Assembly (NCBI GenBank): GCA_963555825.3
Contig: CAUVXB020000001.1
Span: forward strand, 576,001-640,000
Direction of reading: 5' to 3'
Length of the DNA stretch: 64,000 bases
From: Alphaproteobacteria bacterium
Lineage (GTDB): Bacteria > Pseudomonadota > Alphaproteobacteria > JAAXGF01
Positions 35,485-46,881 of this stretch are shown one piece after another (position 1 is the stretch's first letter; every line of letters begins with the position of its first letter). A program made the translations under genes and the position numbers. The notes below the pieces were generated by a model. The model searched no databases and was not told the DNA's origin. It saw only the letters and a list, made by a program, of their open reading frames with translations.

Positions 35485-36498
35485 TTGGCGAAGGTCGAGC
35501 ACATCCAGGTTGAGCCCGACGAGGCCGAGCAGCGCCTCGACCGCTGGTTCAAGCGGCATTTCCCCGAGCTCGGTCACGGCCGGCTGGAAAAACTGCTGCG
35601 CACCGGCCAGGTGCGCGTCGACGGCGCGCGCGTCAAGGCGGGCCATCGCCTGGCGCCCGGTCAGCGCATCCGGGTTCCGCCGATCGGGCGCGCGCTGGCC
35701 GCCGCCAAGCGTCGCCCGCCGCCCGGGCCAGTGCCGGTCAGCGACGCCGACGCCTGGGCGTTGCGCAAGAGCGTGCTCTACATGGACGACGACGTGCTGG
35801 CGATCAACAAGCTGGCCGGCCTTGCGGTGCAGGGCGGCACCGGCACCCAGCGCCACCTCGACGGCATGCTCGATGCGCTCAAGCTGGGCGCGCGCGAGCG
35901 GCCGCGCCTGGTGCATCGGCTCGACCGCGACACCTCGGGCGTCCTGGTGCTGGCGCGCAACGTCAAAGCGGCGGCGTGGCTCGGGCGCGAGTTTCAGGGT
36001 CGGAACATGCGCAAGCTCTATTGGGCCCTGGTCGTCGGCCAGCCGCCGCGCGACGAGGGCCAGATCGAGATGGCGCTCGCCAAGCGCCCGACCAGGGGCG
36101 GCGGCGAGCGGGTCGCCGCGGATGACGACGGCAAGCCGGCCGTGACCCGCTACAAGGTCATCGAGGCGCTCGGGCCGCGCGCCGCCTGGCTGGCGCTGAT
36201 GCCGCTGACCGGGCGCACGCACCAAATACGCGCCCACTGCGCCGCGATCGGCACGCCGATCGTCGGTGACGGCAAATTCGGCGGCGCGCAGGCCTTCATG
36301 CAGGGCGAGGGCATCGGCCGACAGATGCATCTCCATGCCCGCGCGATCGAGCTGTCGATGCCGAGCGGCAAGCGCCGGCGCATCACCGCGCCACTGCCCG
36401 AGCATATGGCCGAAACTTGGCGGCTGTTCGGCTTCGACATGCACGCGCATGCCGACGACGACCCCTTCGCCGAGGCGCCGGAGCGCAAGGGCCGGTGA
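35485..36498 (+). CDS. RluA-family pseudouridine synthase with S4 domain (RluC-like)
   Basis: RLDRWF S4 domain, VHRLDRDTSG, TGRTHQIRAH. Confidence 0.95.
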   Translation: MAKVEHIQVEPDEAEQRLDRWFKRHFPELGHGRLEKLLRTGQVRVDGARVKAGHRLAPGQRIRVPPIGRALAAAKRRPPPGPVPVSDADAWALRKSVLYMDDDVLAINKLAGLAVQGGTGTQRHLDGMLDALKLGARERPRLVHRLDRDTSGVLVLARNVKAAAWLGREFQGRNMRKLYWALVVGQPPRDEGQIEMALAKRPTRGGGERVAADDDGKPAVTRYKVIEALGPRAAWLALMPLTGRTHQIRAHCAAIGTPIVGDGKFGGAQAFMQGEGIGRQMHLHARAIELSMPSGKRRRITAPLPEHMAETWRLFGFDMHAHADDDPFAEAPERKGR

Positions 36499-37157
36499 TC
36501 CGCCTAATCGTCTTCGATTGCGACGGCACGCTGGTCGACAGTCAGCATGCCATCGTCGCCGCCATGCGCCAGGCGTTCACCGACAATAGCCTTCGGCTGC
36601 CGGAGCCCGAGGCAGTGCGCCAGATCGTCGGCCTGTCGCTGCTCAAGGCGATGGAGGCATTGGAGCCGAGGGCTCTGCCCGAGCAGCACCGCGCGCTCGA
36701 GCGCGACTATCGGCGCGCTTTCCAACTGTTGCGCCAACGCGAGGAACACCAAGAGCAACTCTATCCCGGCGCCGCCGAGACGGTGGCTGCGCTCGACGAG
36801 GCCGGCTACCTGCTCGGCGTCGCCACCGGCAAGGGCCGGCGGGGTCTGCGCATGACGCTCGAACGCCACGGCCTCGACGGCCAATTCGTCACCCTGCAGA
36901 CCGCCGATGACGCGCCCAGCAAGCCGCACCCCGGCATGCTCGAGCGCGCCATGGCCGAGGCCGGCGCGGCGCCCGACGAGACGGCGCTGGTCGGCGACAC
37001 CGTGTTCGACATCGAAATGGCGGTCAACGCCGGCGCGGCGCCGATCGGCGTCCGCTGGGGCTATCACGATGCGGCGCTGTTGAGCGCGGCCGGCGCGCGC
37101 ATGATCGTCGAGACCTTCGACGCGCTACCGGGCGCCATCGCGGGGCTCGCGCCGTGA
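36495..37157 (+). CDS. HAD-IA family hydrolase (phosphoglycolate phosphatase-like)
   Basis: FDCDGTLVDS, ATGK, SKPHP, VGDTVFD; GTGA overlap. Confidence 0.93.
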   Translation: MIRLIVFDCDGTLVDSQHAIVAAMRQAFTDNSLRLPEPEAVRQIVGLSLLKAMEALEPRALPEQHRALERDYRRAFQLLRQREEHQEQLYPGAAETVAALDEAGYLLGVATGKGRRGLRMTLERHGLDGQFVTLQTADDAPSKPHPGMLERAMAEAGAAPDETALVGDTVFDIEMAVNAGAAPIGVRWGYHDAALLSAAGARMIVETFDALPGAIAGLAP

Positions 37158-37849
37158 AACGCATATACAAAACCGTTGCCGTCGAGCCGCGCGATGACGG
37201 GTACGCGGTGACGCTCGATGGGCGAGGCGCGAAGACGCCGCGGGGCCAACCATTGGCGCTGCCGAACGCGGCGCTGGCCGAGGCCGTGGCCGCCGAGTGG
37301 GACGCGCAGGCCGACGACATCGCGCCCTCGACGATGCCGATGACACGGCTCGCCACCACCGCGCTCGATATGGTCGCGCCGCGCCGTGCCCACGTCGTCG
37401 ACGAGATCGTCGGCTTCGGCGCGAGCGACCTGGTCTGCTATCGCGCCGATGCGCCGGCTGCGCTTGCCGCGCGCCAGCACGAGGTTTGGCAGCCGCTGAT
37501 CAACGGTCTGGCACAGCGCCACGGCGTGCATCTTTCGGTGACCGAAGGCGTCATCCCGATCGTGCAGCCAGCCGAGGCGATCGCCGCGCTGCGCGACGTC
37601 GTCGCCGGCCATGACGACATGGCGCTCGCCGCGCTGCACACGCTGGCCACGGTGCTGGGCTCGCTGGTCATCGCGCTGGCGGTGGCCGACGGCACTGCCG
37701 ACGCCGACACGGCCTGGGCCGCGAGCCGGATCGACGAGGATCACCAGACCGAGCGCTGGGGCGACGACGCCGAGGCGGCGGAGACGCGCCAGAGACGCCA
37801 CGATGTCGTCGCCGCGGCGCGCTTCTTTGACCTCGCCCGAGGCGGCTAA
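37154..37849 (+). CDS. ATP12 family chaperone
   Basis: KRIYK, LDGRGAKTP, AAEWDAQ, DLVCYRA, WGDDAEA. Confidence 0.92.
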   Translation: MKRIYKTVAVEPRDDGYAVTLDGRGAKTPRGQPLALPNAALAEAVAAEWDAQADDIAPSTMPMTRLATTALDMVAPRRAHVVDEIVGFGASDLVCYRADAPAALAARQHEVWQPLINGLAQRHGVHLSVTEGVIPIVQPAEAIAALRDVVAGHDDMALAALHTLATVLGSLVIALAVADGTADADTAWAASRIDEDHQTERWGDDAEAAETRQRRHDVVAAARFFDLARGG

Positions 37850-37910
37850 GGGGGTGGCCGCATTGCTGCGAATGATGCACTCTCCAGGGCAGCGGGGTCG
37901 GCCCGGTAAA

Positions 37911-38171
37911 TACCAAGGAACAGCGATAAAGGTCCCTAGAGATCGCGTCCGCTTTTTGCTGGGTAGGAAGGGAGCCGCGGGCGATGCAGCGCATCGGCTA
38001 GGCTGCCTGACGCCCTCCGGCGATAAGCGGCCGCGACCCGAAGGGCGGCTTGCCGAGGCTCTCGGACGTCGTTGCGCCCATCTTGCGATGCCAAGCATCG
38101 CCGCGACGGGCGCGCCTAGCCGAGAACCACGGCAAGCCGTCTCTAGGGGCCTTTATCACTGATCCTTGGTA
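37911..38171. mobile_element. MITE-like structured element B1 (261 bp including TA ends)
   Basis: 32-bp terminal inverted repeats TACCAAGGA...TAGAGA with 3 mismatches; colinear second copy at 40731-40991. Confidence 0.85.
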
Positions 38172-38183
38172 TAAGGGGGAGCC

Positions 38184-39712
<1,529 letters not shown>

Positions 39713-39716
<4 letters not shown>

Positions 39717-39943
39717 GTCAGTCCGGCGACGACGCGGCGACGCAACGGGCGCGGCGCCGGCTGCGTGGCTTCGGCCTTCATCTCGCCGGCTATGGCGTGG
39801 TGATTGTGGCGCTCGCGGCGATCAATATGCTGAGCAGCCCGGAGAACCCCTGGTTCGTCTGGCCGATGGTCGGCTGGGGCGGCGTGCTGGCGGTCCACGC
39901 GGCCTTCGCCATGGGGCTGTTCGGTGGCTCGGACAGTGGTTAA
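39713..39943 (+). CDS. Small two-transmembrane (2TM-like) protein
   Basis: GTGA overlap with pccB; GFGLHLAGY...IN...[17 protein letters not shown]. Confidence 0.8.
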
Positions 39944-39952
39944 GTTGACGCC

Positions 39953-40537
39953 ATGACCGAGCGCCTGGACGACGCCATCGCGCGCATCGACGCGGCCAGC
40001 GCCGAGGACCCGAACCGGGAGTTCGTCGATGGCGCGGCGCGGCCCACGGCGCTGGTCTACGCCGAGCGCATGACGGGCTGGCTCGATCGGCTGGCGCCCG
40101 AGGCGTCGGAGGCGCTGCGCATCGCCGCGCGCGCGCAACACATCGAGCGTTGGACGATCCCGCGCGCCGAGTTCCCCGACGGCCGCGAGGGCTATCACCG
40201 CTGGCGCACGACGCTCGCCAAGTTCCATGCCGAGCGGACGGCAGCGATCATCGCCGAGGCCGGCTACGAGACCGACGTCATCGACCGGGTCAAGGCGCTG
40301 CTCCGCAAGCACCGCCTCAAGACCGACCCGGAAGTTCAGATGCTCGAGGACGTCGCCTGTCTGGTGTTCCTGGAAAGCTACTTCGCCGACTTCGCAAAGC
40401 AGCACGACGAGGCCAAGATCATCGGCATCCTGCAGAAGACTTGGGCCAAGATGTCGTCCAAGGGTCACGACGCGGCGCTCGCCCTCGACATGCCGGCGGA
40501 GGCCCGCGCTTTGGTCGAGAAAGCTCTGAGCGGTTAG
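39953..40537 (+). CDS. DUF4202-like protein
   Basis: IDAASAEDPN, AARAQHIERW, GYHRWR, LEDVACLVFL, KTWAKMS. Confidence 0.82.
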   Translation: MTERLDDAIARIDAASAEDPNREFVDGAARPTALVYAERMTGWLDRLAPEASEALRIAARAQHIERWTIPRAEFPDGREGYHRWRTTLAKFHAERTAAIIAEAGYETDVIDRVKALLRKHRLKTDPEVQMLEDVACLVFLESYFADFAKQHDEAKIIGILQKTWAKMSSKGHDAALALDMPAEARALVEKALSG

Positions 40538-40538
40538 T

Positions 40539-40574
40539 GCATAATCCGGCCGATCTGGATCGGTCGGGTTATGC
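40539..40574. repeat. Long hairpin immediately after the DUF4202 stop
   Basis: GCATAATCCGGCCGATC-TG-GATCGGTCGGGTTATGC, a 17-bp stem with G-T pairs. Confidence 0.6.
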
Positions 40575-40582
40575 CAGCCCGC

Positions 40583-40670
40583 GCCAATCTTATCCCAACA
40601 AGAGGGGGGCCGCCGACCGTTCGGCCAATCCTTGTGGGATTAAGAATGGCCTTGTGGGATAAAGATTGGC
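40583..40670. repeat. 20-bp motif, two tandem copies plus one inverted copy
   Basis: CTTGTGGGATTAAGAATGGC (40631-50), CTTGTGGGATAAAGATTGGC (40651-70), inverted copy at 40583-40602. Confidence 0.7.
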
Positions 40671-40730
40671 CTGCGTGGCGATTGAACGCAGGTCATCTTC
40701 ACGCTGTGAAGATGGCCGAAAGCTAAATTA

Positions 40731-40991
40731 TACCAAGGATCAGTGATAAAGACCCATAGAGATCGCGTCCGCTTTTCGCCGGGTAGGAAGGGAGCCGCAG
40801 GCGATGCAGCGCATCGGCTAGGCTTCCTGACGCCCTCCGGCGATAAGCGGACGCGACCCGTAGGGCGGCTTGCCGAGGCCCTCGGACGTCGTTCCGCCCG
40901 CCTTGTGATGCGCTGCATCACCGCGACGGGCGCGCCTAGCCGAGAACCACGGCAAGCCGTCTCTATGGGTCTTTATCACTGCTCCTTGGTA
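40731..40991. mobile_element. MITE-like structured element B2 (261 bp including TA ends)
   Basis: TACCAAGGATCAGTGATAAAGACCCATAGAGA...TCTCTATGGGTCTTTATCACTGCTCCTTGGTA; direct repeat of B1, offset 2820 bp. Confidence 0.85.
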
Positions 40992-42515
40992 TTAGATATT
41001 GCGTCCCGATTTACGCCAGTAGGGATCGCGCAGGCGGCGCTTGAAGATTTTGCCCGTGTCCTCGCGCGGCAGGTCGGTCCGGAACTCGACGACCTTGGGC
41101 ACCTTGTAGTTGGCGATGCGCTCCTTGAGATAGGTCTGGACCGTGCCGGCGTCGAGCGGCGCGCCGTCGAGCGGCTCGACATAGGCGCAGAGCTTCTCGC
41201 CGAACTCTTCGTCGGGGATGCCGAAGACCGCGCAGTCGTGAACGCCCGGCATATCGATCAGCACCGCCTCGATCTCGGCCGGGTAAATGTTGACGCCGCC
41301 CGAGATCACCATGTCGTTGGCGCGGTCGCACAGGAACAGATAGCCGTCCTCGTCGAGATAGCCCATGTCGCCGATCGTGATCAGCCCGTCGCGCTCGATC
41401 TCGCGGCGCTTGGCGTCGTCGTTGTGGTAGGTGAAATCGGGCCAGCCGTCGAGGCGCAGGTATATCTCGCCGATTTCGCCGGCCGGCAGCGCGTTGCCGG
41501 CGGCGTCGTGGATCTCGACGCGGCCGCCCTCGACGAGGCGGCCGACCGTGCCGGGCTTGCGCAGCGCCTCGTGGCTGTCGTGATAGAACACCGCGCCGCT
41601 CTCGGTCGCGCCGTAGTACTCGTGGATGATCGGTCCCAGCCACTCGATCATGCGGCGCTTGACGTCGGGCGGACAGGGCGCCGCGCCGTGGCTGACGAAT
41701 TCGAGCGAGGCGAGGTCGTAGCCGTCACGCACCGCGTCTGGCAGGCGCAGCAGGCGCACGAACATGGTCGGCACCAGATGAACGGTGTTGATGCGGTGCC
41801 GCTCGATCAACGCCAGCAGCTGTTCGGCATCGAAACGCGGTTGCAGGACCACGAGACCGCCGTAGTGCGCGGCGGTCAGGCCGCAAATATTCGGCACGAC
41901 GTGGTACATCGGCCCGGTGATTACGGTGCGCACCGGCGCGTCGGGCGCCATGCCGAAGCACTGCACCATGCCGCGCTGCCGGGATGCCAAGGCCTCCTCC
42001 GCTGCCCAGGGTGCGCGGCGCACGCCCTTGGGCACACCCGTGGTGCCCGAGGTGTAGATCATGCTCGGCCGGTCGGCGAGCGGCGGGGCCTGCCACGGCG
42101 ATTGCGCGGCGATCCAGTCGTACCACGCCGCGCCGCCCGACTGCGCGAGCCCATATGCGGCGGCGATCTCGGGCGGCGTCGCGACGACTAAGACGTCGAC
42201 AGCCTGAGGAATCGCAGGCTCCAGCGCCGGCAACAGGTCGGCATGGATAACCAGAACCTTGGCGCCGCAATCGCGCAGGATGTGGCCCGCCTCGTCGGCT
42301 TTGAGATGCCAGTTGATCGGCACCGAATAGGCGCCCAGCATGCCCGCCGCGATGGCCGCCTCGAAGAAGGCGAAGTCGTTGCGCAAGATCAGCGCGACGG
42401 TATCGCCCTCGCCGATACCGAGGCCATCGAGGCCGGTCGCCGCGCGCTTCGCGTTCTCGGCCATCGCGGAGATCGGAATCTCGCGCTCGCCGCTGAGGAT
42501 TCTCCCTTCGCTCAT
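40992..42515 (-). CDS. Acyl-CoA synthetase (AMP-binding enzyme)
   Basis: IYTSGTTGVPKG, YYGATE, GDMGYLD, ISGGVNIYPAEIE, TGKIFKR. Confidence 0.93.
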   Translation of the reverse strand: MSEGRILSGEREIPISAMAENAKRAATGLDGLGIGEGDTVALILRNDFAFFEAAIAAGMLGAYSVPINWHLKADEAGHILRDCGAKVLVIHADLLPALEPAIPQAVDVLVVATPPEIAAAYGLAQSGGAAWYDWIAAQSPWQAPPLADRPSMIYTSGTTGVPKGVRRAPWAAEEALASRQRGMVQCFGMAPDAPVRTVITGPMYHVVPNICGLTAAHYGGLVVLQPRFDAEQLLALIERHRINTVHLVPTMFVRLLRLPDAVRDGYDLASLEFVSHGAAPCPPDVKRRMIEWLGPIIHEYYGATESGAVFYHDSHEALRKPGTVGRLVEGGRVEIHDAAGNALPAGEIGEIYLRLDGWPDFTYHNDDAKRREIERDGLITIGDMGYLDEDGYLFLCDRANDMVISGGVNIYPAEIEAVLIDMPGVHDCAVFGIPDEEFGEKLCAYVEPLDGAPLDAGTVQTYLKERIANYKVPKVVEFRTDLPREDTGKIFKRRLRDPYWRKSGRNI

Positions 42516-42619
42516 GCATCAAGTCTAATGCAAGGCACGGCCTTGCGCCCAGTCCCGAGTGCTCGATTCGCGCGTCGTTCTGAGCTAGAACAACGATGTA
42601 ACCAGGGGCTAGGGCACGC

Positions 42620-44605
42620 GTGTTCGAAAAGATACTCATCGCCAACCGGGGCGAGATCGCCTACCGCATCATGCGCACGGCGCGGCGCATGGGCATCGCT
42701 ACCGTCGCGGTCTATTCCGAGGCCGACGCCGACGCGCTGCATGTGCGCGAGGCCGACGAGGCGGTCGGCATCGGACCCGCGCCGGCCGCCGAGAGCTACC
42801 TGGTGATCGAAAACATCATTGTCGCGTTGCAGCAAACCCGCGCCGAGGCGGTCCATCCGGGTTACGGGTTTCTTTCCGAGAACGCCGATTTCGTCGCCGC
42901 CGTCGAGGCCGCCGGCGCGGTGTTCATCGGACCGGGCACCGCCGCGATCGCGGCGATGGGCGACAAGCTCGAATCGAAACGGTTGGCCAAACGGGCCGGG
43001 ATCAACACCATCCCCGGCCACGACGGTGTCATCGCCGACGCCGAGGCGGCCGTCGCGATCGCGCGCGACATCGGCTATCCGGTCATGCTCAAGGCCTCGG
43101 CGGGCGGCGGTGGCAAGGGCATGCGCATGGTGCGCGACGACGACGCGGCGCGCGAGGGCTTCGCGTCGGCGTCGTCCGAGGCGCGGTCGAGCTTCGGCGA
43201 TGATCGCATGCTGATCGAGAAGTTCATCGCCGAGCCGCGCCATATCGAGATCCAGGTGCTCGCCGATGCGCACGGCAACACGGTCCATCTCGGCGAACGC
43301 GAATGCTCGATCCAGCGGCGTCACCAGAAGATCATCGAGGAGGCGCCGAGCCCGTTCATCGACGCCGCGACGCGCGCCGCGATGGGCGCCCAGGCGGTCG
43401 CGCTGGCGGCCGCCGTGGACTATCGCTCGGCGGGCACGGTCGAGTTCATAGTCGATGCCAACAAGAACTTCTATTTCCTTGAAATGAATACAAGATTGCA
43501 GGTCGAGCATCCGGTGACCGAGCTCACCACCGGGATCGACCTGGTCGAGCAGATGATCCGCGTCGCGGCGGGCGAAACGCTGGGCTTCGGGCAAGACGAT
43601 ATCGGCTTCGACGGCTGGGCGATCGAGGGCCGCGTCTACGCCGAGGACCCGGCGCGCGGTTTCCTGCCGTCGCCCGGCCGGCTGACGCGCTACCGGCCAC
43701 CGACCGGGGCCGACGGCGTGCGCCTCGACAGCGGCGTCTACGAAGGCGCCGAGGTCACCATGTTCTACGACCCGATGATCGCCAAACTGTGCGCCTGGGG
43801 CGACAGCCGGGCCGCGGCGATCGAGCGCATGCGGGCGGCGATCGACGGCTTCGAGATCGTCGGACCGGGCCATAACCTCGACCTGCTCGCCGCCGTCATG
43901 CGCCATCCGCGCTTTGTCGAGGGCGCCATCGACACGGGGTTCATCGACGACCTCTATGCCGACGGCTTCTCGGGCGCGCCGATCGAGGGCGCGGCGCGCG
44001 ACGCGTTGGTCGTCACGGCGCTCGCGGTTCATCTCGCGTCGACGGCCCGCGCCAACCGCATTTCGGGGCGGGTTGCGAGCCATTGCTGGCAGCCGGACGC
44101 GGACTGGGTCGTCGGGCTGGACGGCGAGACGTCGAGCGTCACCGTCGTGGCGCGCGGCGACGGTCTCGACGTCGACATCGACGGGCGCCGCGTCGAACTC
44201 GACGGTGTTTGGCGGGTCGGCGCGTCGACCTTCGAGGGCCGCGTCGATGGGCTCGACGTCATCGTGCAAGTGACGCCCAACGCCGACGGCTATCGACTGC
44301 GCCACGCCGGTTGCAGCGCACACGCCACCGTGCGCCGCGCGCGCGTTGCCGAACTCGCCGCGCTGATGCCCCTCAAGGAGGTCGCCGACAGCTCGCGTTT
44401 CCTGCTCTCGCCGATGCCCGGCCGCGTCGTCTCGATCGCGGTCGTCGAGGGCGACGACGTCAAGGTCGGCCAACCGCTCGCGGTGATCGACGCGATGAAG
44501 ATGGAGAACGTGCTGCGCGCCCATCGCGACGGCTGCATCGCCAAGGTCATGGTCGGCGTCGGCGACAGCCTGAGCACCGACCAGGTGATCCTCGAGTTCG
44601 AATGA
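42620..44605 (+). CDS. pccA: Biotin carboxylase/BCCP alpha subunit (propionyl-CoA carboxylase alpha-like)
   Basis: KILIANRGEIA, HPGYGFLSEN, GGGGKGMR, EMNTRLQVEHPVTE, AMKM biotin site. Confidence 0.88.
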   Translation: MFEKILIANRGEIAYRIMRTARRMGIATVAVYSEADADALHVREADEAVGIGPAPAAESYLVIENIIVALQQTRAEAVHPGYGFLSENADFVAAVEAAGAVFIGPGTAAIAAMGDKLESKRLAKRAGINTIPGHDGVIADAEAAVAIARDIGYPVMLKASAGGGGKGMRMVRDDDAAREGFASASSEARSSFGDDRMLIEKFIAEPRHIEIQVLADAHGNTVHLGERECSIQRRHQKIIEEAPSPFIDAATRAAMGAQAVALAAAVDYRSAGTVEFIVDANKNFYFLEMNTRLQVEHPVTELTTGIDLVEQMIRVAAGETLGFGQDDIGFDGWAIEGRVYAEDPARGFLPSPGRLTRYRPPTGADGVRLDSGVYEGAEVTMFYDPMIAKLCAWGDSRAAAIERMRAAIDGFEIVGPGHNLDLLAAVMRHPRFVEGAIDTGFIDDLYADGFSGAPIEGAARDALVVTALAVHLASTARANRISGRVASHCWQPDADWVVGLDGETSSVTVVARGDGLDVDIDGRRVELDGVWRVGASTFEGRVDGLDVIVQVTPNADGYRLRHAGCSAHATVRRARVAELAALMPLKEVADSSRFLLSPMPGRVVSIAVVEGDDVKVGQPLAVIDAMKMENVLRAHRDGCIAKVMVGVGDSLSTDQVILEFE

Positions 44606-44880
44606 CCGCGGCGGTTCGGGTTCTAATCGAGGGTCGCGTCCAGGGTGTCGGCTTCCGCTACTGGATGATCGAGCGCGCCGGCGGCCTCGGCCTCGACGGC
44701 TGGGTGCGCAACCGCCACGACGGCGCCGTCGAGGCAGTCTTCGCCGGCCCCGCCGACGCGGTTGCCGCGATGCTGCGCCATTGCCACGACGGTCCCGCCT
44801 TCGCCCGCGTCACCCGCGTCCACGAGCAGCCCGAAACGGGCCCGGTCGAAGCCGGTTTCCATGCCTTGCCGACGGCGTAA
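44602..44880 (+). CDS. acyP: Acylphosphatase
   Basis: IEGRVQGVGFRYW, GWVRN; ATGA overlap with pccA. Confidence 0.93.
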   Translation: MTAAVRVLIEGRVQGVGFRYWMIERAGGLGLDGWVRNRHDGAVEAVFAGPADAVAAMLRHCHDGPAFARVTRVHEQPETGPVEAGFHALPTA

Positions 44881-45699
44881 CCGGATCGGCGTAGGCGTTG
44901 AGCAGGGACAGGCGGCGATTCGTAGCGTAATGATGGACGGATTGGTCAGTCAGGAACGAGCCCGATGAACCGAAAGGCAAGACGCGCGGCGGCAAAGGCC
45001 CGAGGAAGCGGCCGGCGCAAGGTCCCGGTCTCGGCGCAGGCGGGTACCGAGCTCAAGGCGGCGATTGCACACCACCAGGCGGGGCGACTGGCCGAAGCCA
45101 AGCGGCTCTACGCCGATGTCCTGTCGCGCGAGCCGGACCAGGCGGTGGCTCAGCACCTCGTCGGCGTCATCGCCTACCAGGAAGGCGACGCCCGTCAGGC
45201 GACCGCGTTGATCGGCAAGGCGATCGCCTTGCGTCCCGACTACGCCGATGCGCACGGCAACCTGGGCAACGCGCTTGCGCAGCTGGGCAAGTTAGAGGAC
45301 GCGGTGGCCGCTTACCGCAAGGCCCTGGAGCTGAAGCCCGAACACGCCGACGCGCACAACAACCTGGGCAACGTGCTGAGGAGCCAGGACGAGTTGGAAG
45401 AAGCGGCGCGCTCCTACCGTACCGCTCTGGAGTTGAAGCCCGACCACGCCGACGCGCACAACAATCTGGGCATTGTTCTCAAGGAACAGGGCGAGTGGGA
45501 GGACGCGGTAGCGGCTTATCGCAAGGCCCTGGCGCTCAAGCCCGACTACGCCGAAGCGCACAACAATCTGGGCAATGCGCTGAAGGACGGGGGCCAGCTG
45601 GAAGAAGCGGTAGCGGCTTATCGCGGTGCGCTGGCGCTGAAGCCCGACTACGCCGAGGCGCACAATAATCTGGGCGCTGTACTCAAAGAACAGGGCAAG

Positions 45700-46824
45700 C
45701 TAGTGTCCCGATTCCGAAGTTCGCATGATTTTCGCCTGCTGTTCAGCGATTTCGATTGTTCGGAGGCAGAAGCGCTGGATGGCGGCGAGGATGTCATCGG
45801 CGGATTTGGTCCATTTGAAGGGTTTGGGGTTCTGGTTTGTCGTGTCGATGTAGTCGAGGATGGTGCGCTCCAACTCCTTGGTGGAGCGATGGACGCCGCG
45901 CCTGATCTGCTTGTCGGTCAGCAGCCCGAACCAGCGCTCGACCTGGTTCAGCCAGGAGGCGCTGGTGGGTGTGAAATGGGCCTGCCAGCGCGGCCGTTTG
46001 GCGAACCAGTCGCGGATCGCCTTGGTCTTGTGGGTCCCGTAGTTGTCCATGACGATGTGGATGTCGAGATCAGCAGGGACGTTCGCCTCGACGAGGTCGA
46101 GGAATTTGCGGAACTCTCGGGCCCGATGGCGCGGGAAACATTTGCCGATGATCTCTCCCGTGGCGATGTCGAGGGCCGCGAAGAGAGAGGTCGTGCCGTG
46201 GCGCTTGTAGTCGTGGCTGCGCCGCTCCGCCTGCCCGGGGCGCATCGGCAAGAGGGGCTGGGAACGGTCCAGGGTCTGGATCTGGCTCTTTTCGTCGACA
46301 CAGAGAACCAGGGCACGATCCGGCGGCGCCAAATACAGACCGACGATGTCGCGGACCTTCTCCACGAAGAAGGGATCGCTCGACAGCTTGAAGGTCTCCG
46401 AGCGATGCGGCTGCAAGCCGAAGGCCCGCCAGATGCGATGAATGGTCGAGGGCGCGTGGCCGCTCGCCCGCGCCATCGAGCGAAGGCTCCAATGGGTCGC
46501 GTCCGGCGGCGTCTCTTCCAGCGTCAGCCGGACCGCTTCCGCGATGGCGTCATCGCCGATTTGACGCGGCGCGCCGGGGCGGGGTTCGTCGTACAGACCG
46601 TCGAGGCCCTCCGCCGCATAGCGGCGACGCCACTTGCCCACGGTGTCCGCGCTCGCCTCGAGACGAACGGCGATCTCCTTGTTCTCCAACCCTTCCGCCG
46701 CCGCCAAGACGATCCGAGCCCGCCGCGCAAGCCCCTGCGACGTCTTGCGACGACGAGACAGCGCCTCCAATTCGGCGCGCTCGTCATCGCTCAAAGAGAT
46801 CGTCACCGCCACTCTCGCCATCAA
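45700..46824 (-). CDS. IS630-family transposase
   Basis: HTH region, [27 protein letters not shown] (DDE); TAG stop supplied by the target site. Confidence 0.95.
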   Translation of the reverse strand: MMARVAVTISLSDDERAELEALSRRRKTSQGLARRARIVLAAAEGLENKEIAVRLEASADTVGKWRRRYAAEGLDGLYDEPRPGAPRQIGDDAIAEAVRLTLEETPPDATHWSLRSMARASGHAPSTIHRIWRAFGLQPHRSETFKLSSDPFFVEKVRDIVGLYLAPPDRALVLCVDEKSQIQTLDRSQPLLPMRPGQAERRSHDYKRHGTTSLFAALDIATGEIIGKCFPRHRAREFRKFLDLVEANVPADLDIHIVMDNYGTHKTKAIRDWFAKRPRWQAHFTPTSASWLNQVERWFGLLTDKQIRRGVHRSTKELERTILDYIDTTNQNPKPFKWTKSADDILAAIQRFCLRTIEIAEQQAKIMRTSESGH

Positions 46825-46881
46825 TCGCGCCTCCTAAAAACAAATAGAGACATAATCATATCAATTTATCGATCAGGACAC
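45703..46881 (-). mobile_element. IS630-family insertion sequence, copy 1 of a tandem dimer
   Basis: GTGTCC...GGACAC terminal repeats, TA duplication within CTAG, single-ORF transposase. Confidence 0.93.

Noticed and set aside
37911-37930. Assigning the B elements to the split IS630 as their mobiliser
   Set aside because: Only TA-CCA is shared at the tips; suggestive of the IS630 family but too short to assign a partner.
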